The notes below the pieces were generated by a model, which had not been told where the DNA came from, searched no databases, and saw only the letters and a program-made list of their open reading frames with translations. Shown here piece by piece: positions 45,266 to 64,000 of a stretch of DNA of 64,000 bases. The stretch is from Vicugna vicugna (lineage: Eukaryota): the NCBI GenBank assembly GCA_013265495.1, contig MU058441.1, positions 1 to 64,000 on the forward strand, read 5' to 3'. A program made the position numbers and the translations under genes. Position 1 is the stretch's first letter. Every line of letters begins with the position of its first letter.

Positions 45266-48149
45266 AGAGGTAGGAGCCAGAGGTGGCGGGCCCGCGGCTG
45301 CTGTGGGTGTAGCAGTTGCAGCACCAGCAGGAAGCGGGGCAGGAAGAGGCTGAGGACCAAGGGGAAAAGGCCCAAAAGGATGGAGGGGAACCAGGGGTGT
45401 GTGATGCCTCAGACACTCGGGCAGGGGGACTCCAGCCGGGTCATGGTCTGTAGTTGGGTGAAGGAATCCAGAGCCATGCCAGGTCCAGGCAGTGGGAGAA
45501 GCTGGCTTGAGAGCCCCTCCTGTGGCCTCCCCACGGATACCTGCTCTCTCTCAACCTCCCCAAGACAGTCCAGTTGGGCCAGCCTAGCCCTGTTCCAGCC
45601 AGCCTGAGAGGCTGTGTGGCATTGGGTGAGTCCCTGGGACACCAAGTCTGGCCCACATGGTGTGGGGAGGTTGGACTGAACCCCGCCATGGGCAGAGACA
45701 TGGCCCCTGCAACCTTGGGACCCTGAGTGGCCAAGGAGACCCACTGGAGCCTATGCCGACCCCCTTGAGGGCCCAGGCTGGCCTCCAGGACAGGCACGGT
45801 CACCCTCCACGCTCACAGAGCCACTAAATTTAGCCAGGCAGGGGAGGCCATCCTGGGGCCGAGTGCTTGGCAGCACTGCCTTGTCTCCCTACAAGGCCTG
45901 GCTCAGTACCCGAGCCGGCCATCCGGCCTTTGGGCTTATAAGGCAGGTCTGGCGGGTTTTAAGAACTGGAGTCTTGGGGTGGGCTCTGGGCCAAGATCTC
46001 AGACTTTGGGGAGCCTCCTTCCCAGCCACCAGCAAACATGGGAGCTACTTGTTACGTGACTTGGGCAGGGCACTCACCTTTCAGAGCCTCAGTGTCCCTT
46101 ACCTGCGAAATGGGAATCCTCGGACCTGTATCATGTAGCTGCTCTAAAGAAAAACCTGCAGAATTCCAAGTTTCCCTCACTCCCCAACATGCCTAGAACA
46201 AACACAGAAGTCTGTCCCTGGGGATGCTGAAGTCGGAGCCAAAGGAGGGAAAGCACAGTCCATGTATTTTAGAACCAATGAAAATGGGGGGAGCTTCCTG
46301 CCTTACTCTGGCAGAGATATTCTCAAGGAAAGGAATTTGGAGAAAAAAATGTGATTGCTTTTATTTCTCTTTCTTTTGGGCACTTTTCGGTTATGATAAC
46401 AACCCCGAAAAAGACTGTCCTCTGGGGCATCCTGTTTTCAGGGTCAGAACCGAGGCTATGACAGGAGCACCTGTGTGTGCTCCAAGCAAGTCTGTCTGTC
46501 CATTGGTCCATCTGTTCATCAGCAATCCTGGCTCCCTGGAGAAGGAAGAGGAGGAGGGAGAGAGGAGGGAGAGAGGAGGGGGTGGAGGACATGATGATGA
46601 TGTGAAAGGGACAGATACAGATTGGAGAATGACTCCTTGACTTCCCCACACCCCCCTTCTCCCTCCCTTCCTCCTCACCCCTCTCCCTCCTTCCTCCCTT
46701 CTTCCTTCCCCTTCATCCGCTCATTTAGTCCCTGCCACCCTCCGAGTGTGGTGTGAGTGTCTTGAGAAGGATGGTGGATGGGGACACAGAGATGCTCTGA
46801 CAGTGTCAGCATCCACCCCACTCCCATGGCAAGAAGTTCCTGTCCCGGGTCTGCTATTCCAAGGGCCATGAAGTCAGCTGGGAAGGGGACAGGATCTTTT
46901 GTCTGGGGTCAAGGTCAGGCCAAGCGGATGTGGCCACCACAGCTTTGGCTCCCAGCATCTCTGGATTTTTCTTGGAAAAGCTCAGGACGTGATTCTCACC
47001 AGCCCCTCTTGAAGGTAGCATCATCGGACAGACAGCTGAGCCTGAGATTGCTGGGAACTCTGCAGGGATTGGCCTGAGGAGCAGGAAGGGGCCATTGGCC
47101 TGCCCTCTGTGGAAGCCCCCTTCTGTCCAGCGAGTGGCTCTGCTCAGACAGGAGGCTGGGATTCCCAGCCCCAGGGCCTGGCTCCCTGCCCAGAGCGATT
47201 TCCCAGCTAAAGGCCTGCCAGAAAGAAGCCTCCTATCAGCCTTCAGGATGAGGCAGCTTGGACAGGGGGTGTGAAGGGAGCCCCAAGGACACCCAGCCTT
47301 GGTTGAAAGAGGGCCAGGGAGGCCTTCCTGCTTCATACTAGGGCCTCCTGTACCACACAGAGTGAGCTTGGGCAATTCATTTCTCCTCTCTGAGCTCCAA
47401 TTTCTTCATCTGCAAAATGAGGGGGAGGTTGGGGGAGGCCTCCAGCTCCGGTGCTCAGAGAGCTAACACAGAAACTGCCCCGGCCCAGCCCTGCCTCAGG
47501 GCCTGGTTGGGGCTGAGGGCACGGGCTGCAGAGGAGCTGTACCCCAAGTGCAACAGTGCCTCAGTTTGAGGAAACTTCCATTATCGCCACCATTTCACAG
47601 ATGAGGAAGCAGATTCAGGGAGTGAGGCAACATACCCAGGCCCCCACAGGCAGCAAGAGCCATTCACCCAGGCAGTGTGATGCCATGCTCTCCCTGCTGG
47701 TCTCCAGGAGCCCAGCGCTGATGTGTAACAGATGTGGCCCTTGTCTTGTTGGGATCCCTGCCCCTCGTGCTGGTTTCAGGGAAGGTAGAGGTGGGGTTAG
47801 GACCAGAGAGGTGGGAGAATGGAGATGCCAGCCCGACACTGAGGTTGACTGGGGACAGGCCAGGCTGGGACCCAGAGGGACAGGTGGATGGAAGATGGCC
47901 TATAAGGTCAGGGTGGGGGTCCTGCCACGGGTTCAGGAAGTGTCAGGCAGCTGGACCGGGAGCAGCCCTCCTGCTTCTCTGCCCTCCTGGCTGCAGACCC
48001 CCGGGGCCTGAGTTTTCCACCTGTGGGCCAAGGTAGGGTGGGGAGGATGTTTGGATAGGGGATGGGTCCCTGTTTTGGGGAAGGCTCCAGCCTGTGGCCA
48101 CTCCACCCACGCCCTGGCCTGGGCCCCCAGCTCTGTTCTACCAGGTTTG

Positions 48150-48400
48150 TGGGGGACTGACAGCTTTATCTTTGGCTTGTGTTGGGTGGCCCATGGTTTC
48201 CTGCCAACAGCTCCCGTTTCCGGAGGCCCAGCAGGGCCCGGGCAGAGCCAGGAGGGGCAGTGGGGCTGGGCCTGGGTGGCCCCCCTGGCCCCGCCCCCAT
48301 CCATCTTGGGGAATTTATTCGTCCACAGGCGCAGCTGGCCCACAGTCCATTGCCTGACAGGCGCCTAGAGCTGCTCTGACCGCCCGAGGACTCTTCCTCT
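48150..48400 (+). promoter_or_regulatory. Probable P2RX1 proximal promoter
   Basis: GATA motif TTATCT at 48166-48171, ETS-like TTTCCTG and TTTCCGG, and GC box CCCCGCCCCC at about 48289, 200-400 nt upstream of the ATG. Confidence 0.5.
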
Positions 48401-48491
48401 CAACCCAAGTGCTGCCAGCTGACCTCTGACTCCTGACCTCTGGCCCCACCTGCCCTGCCCTGCTCTTCCGAAGGGGCTAGGAAACCCCTAG

Positions 48492-62555
<14,064 letters not shown>

Positions 62556-62807
62556 CCTTCGCCCCCGACTCCTGACTGAACGCGGCCTGTGGTGTCAGGC
62601 AGGGGCCCTGGTGGGGTCCCAGCCAGGGCAGCAGGCTCTCCCCAGGAGCTCACCCACCCTCTCCGCCAGGTAGACACCAGGTTGCCGGAAGCCCAGGGTG
62701 GACACTGGGAGAGACCTGCACAATTCTGGGCTCTGGTTCCAACTCTGCACCCACCCAAGGGGGTCTCACCCCGGCCTCAGCCTCTCCACTGCCTCATGTC
62801 TCCAGAT

Positions 62808-63006
62808 CTGTGCTCTCCCGTACGGCAGCCACTAGCCATGGGTGATGATTTAAGTTCAAATTAATTAAGACTGAATAAAATAAACACTTTTGTTCCTCAC
62901 ACTAGCCACATTACAACTGCTAAATACACAAATGTGGCTAGTGGTTGCCCTACTGAACCACACAGAACATTCCCAGCATTGCAGAAAGTTCTTTTGGACA
63001 GCTCTG
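62808..63006. mobile_element. MER3-like hAT remnant in the P2RX1 3' region
   Basis: gcagccactagcca, cacactagccacatt, atgtggctagtgg, gaacattcccagcattgcagaaagttcttttggacagc. Confidence 0.7.
62874..62884 (+). terminator. Overlapping AATAAA pair, candidate P2RX1 poly(A) signal
   Basis: AATAAAATAAA about 320 nt after the stop, followed by cttttgtt. Confidence 0.55.
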
Positions 63007-64000
63007 CTTGAAACCTGTTTCTTACTGGCCCCAGAGTGCCCTGGGGAGCTTATCAACAGAGGGTCCACCCCAGACCTCCCGAACCAGAATCTCCAGGGCT
63101 GGTCACATGGTCGGCAAGGATAACAAATCCTTCAGGTCATTTTCAGGACTTAAATTTTAGAACTGCTCCTGATCAGGTATCAGACTTAGCTGGGGCCTGC
63201 GTCACCTGTGTGCTCACAAGCCACATGGTGTCTCACTCATGCCCCTCATGTGCACAGGCACCTGCATACACACATCCCCTCCCATCCACTGTGTGTTTGA
63301 ACAGCTTGGGTCCTGCAAACACAACCATCTGAGCACACCCACACCCCCAGACACAGACTCAAGGTCCACGCCACATCACCCCCATGGGGATGTGCTTCTC
63401 CCCGAGTGTGTCAGGCCAGGACAGTCCCTTCTAGTGATGAGTTCTGACTCAGCTACCTCCGGTCAGGGTGGGAGCCTTAGCTGAATCTGGGGCTCCCTTC
63501 CTGTGACCCAGTGCCAGTTCCCAAGGCCTGCCCGGCTCTGTCTGAACACAAGGTCTGGGAAATCAAGGGGTGGCGTATAATAAAAAGAAGATGAATAAGT
63601 TCAAATCTCTGCCTTCTGCCCTTTCTTCCCAGCCCTCTCTGAAATTCAGCATTCCCATCTGTGAAATGCGGGGCCAAACTGAGCCATCTTCCAGGTCCTT
63701 CTGGATCTCTCCATGGGAGGTGGTTAGCCTACACTTATGCCCTGAGCCCAGCAAAGGGATTGTGGCAGGGGGTCAGCTCATCTCTAGCCATGGGCCGCTG
63801 TCCTGGCACAGCCCGAACGTTGGAGCTCTTCCCAATCCTCCACACACCGCTCCTATGGCTTTGAAAAGCCAGGCACTGGGACAAGCAGAGATCCCAGGAC
63901 CGGCCTCATGACAGCAGGGATAAGGAAGGGGCTGTCTGTCCCAGGAGAGTGATCTGACGGAATCCCAAAGGGGAGGGTCTTGAATGGAGACTGTGTGGAA

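Noticed and set aside
47899..47907. CArG-like CCTATAAGG upstream of P2RX1
   Set aside because: Only five A/T bases lie between CC and GG, so it is not a consensus SRF site.
63560..64000. Start of the next downstream gene
   Set aside because: No CpG island or recognisable coding sequence inside the window. The 113-aa ORF overlaps a MIR-like fragment.

Overview
GC-rich mammalian genomic DNA carrying two complete, intact, tandem plus-strand genes. ATP2A3 (SERCA3 Ca2+ pump) has 21 coding exons from 9590 to 41761. Their lengths sum to 3000 nt (999 aa plus stop, the SERCA3a form), all introns are GT-AG, and exon 1 lies in a CpG island. P2RX1 (ATP-gated P2X1 channel) has 12 coding exons from 48585 to 62555, summing to 1200 nt (399 aa). 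The rest is intronic or intergenic DNA with old eutherian repeats (MIR, L2, L1M, MER3/5A/20/45A/58A, MLT1-type LTRs) and one younger 5'-truncated L1 whose 3' end resembles camelid L1 (tentative). I found no prokaryotic-type or wholly new system. The best leads are: unusual P2X1 substitutions (P287R, which may unblock the N284 glycosylation site; P19S; Y51C); a frameshifted remnant of the SERCA3 alternative exon 21 that could read into a 186-codon open frame; a candidate in-frame cassette exon in ATP2A3 intron 1; a strong-Kozak uORF; an 85-bp direct repeat bracketing P2RX1 exons 2-4; and a transposon-derived poly(A) signal. Comparisons with human and rodent sequences are from memory, and repeat names and boundaries are by eye. 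Both need confirmation by alignment.
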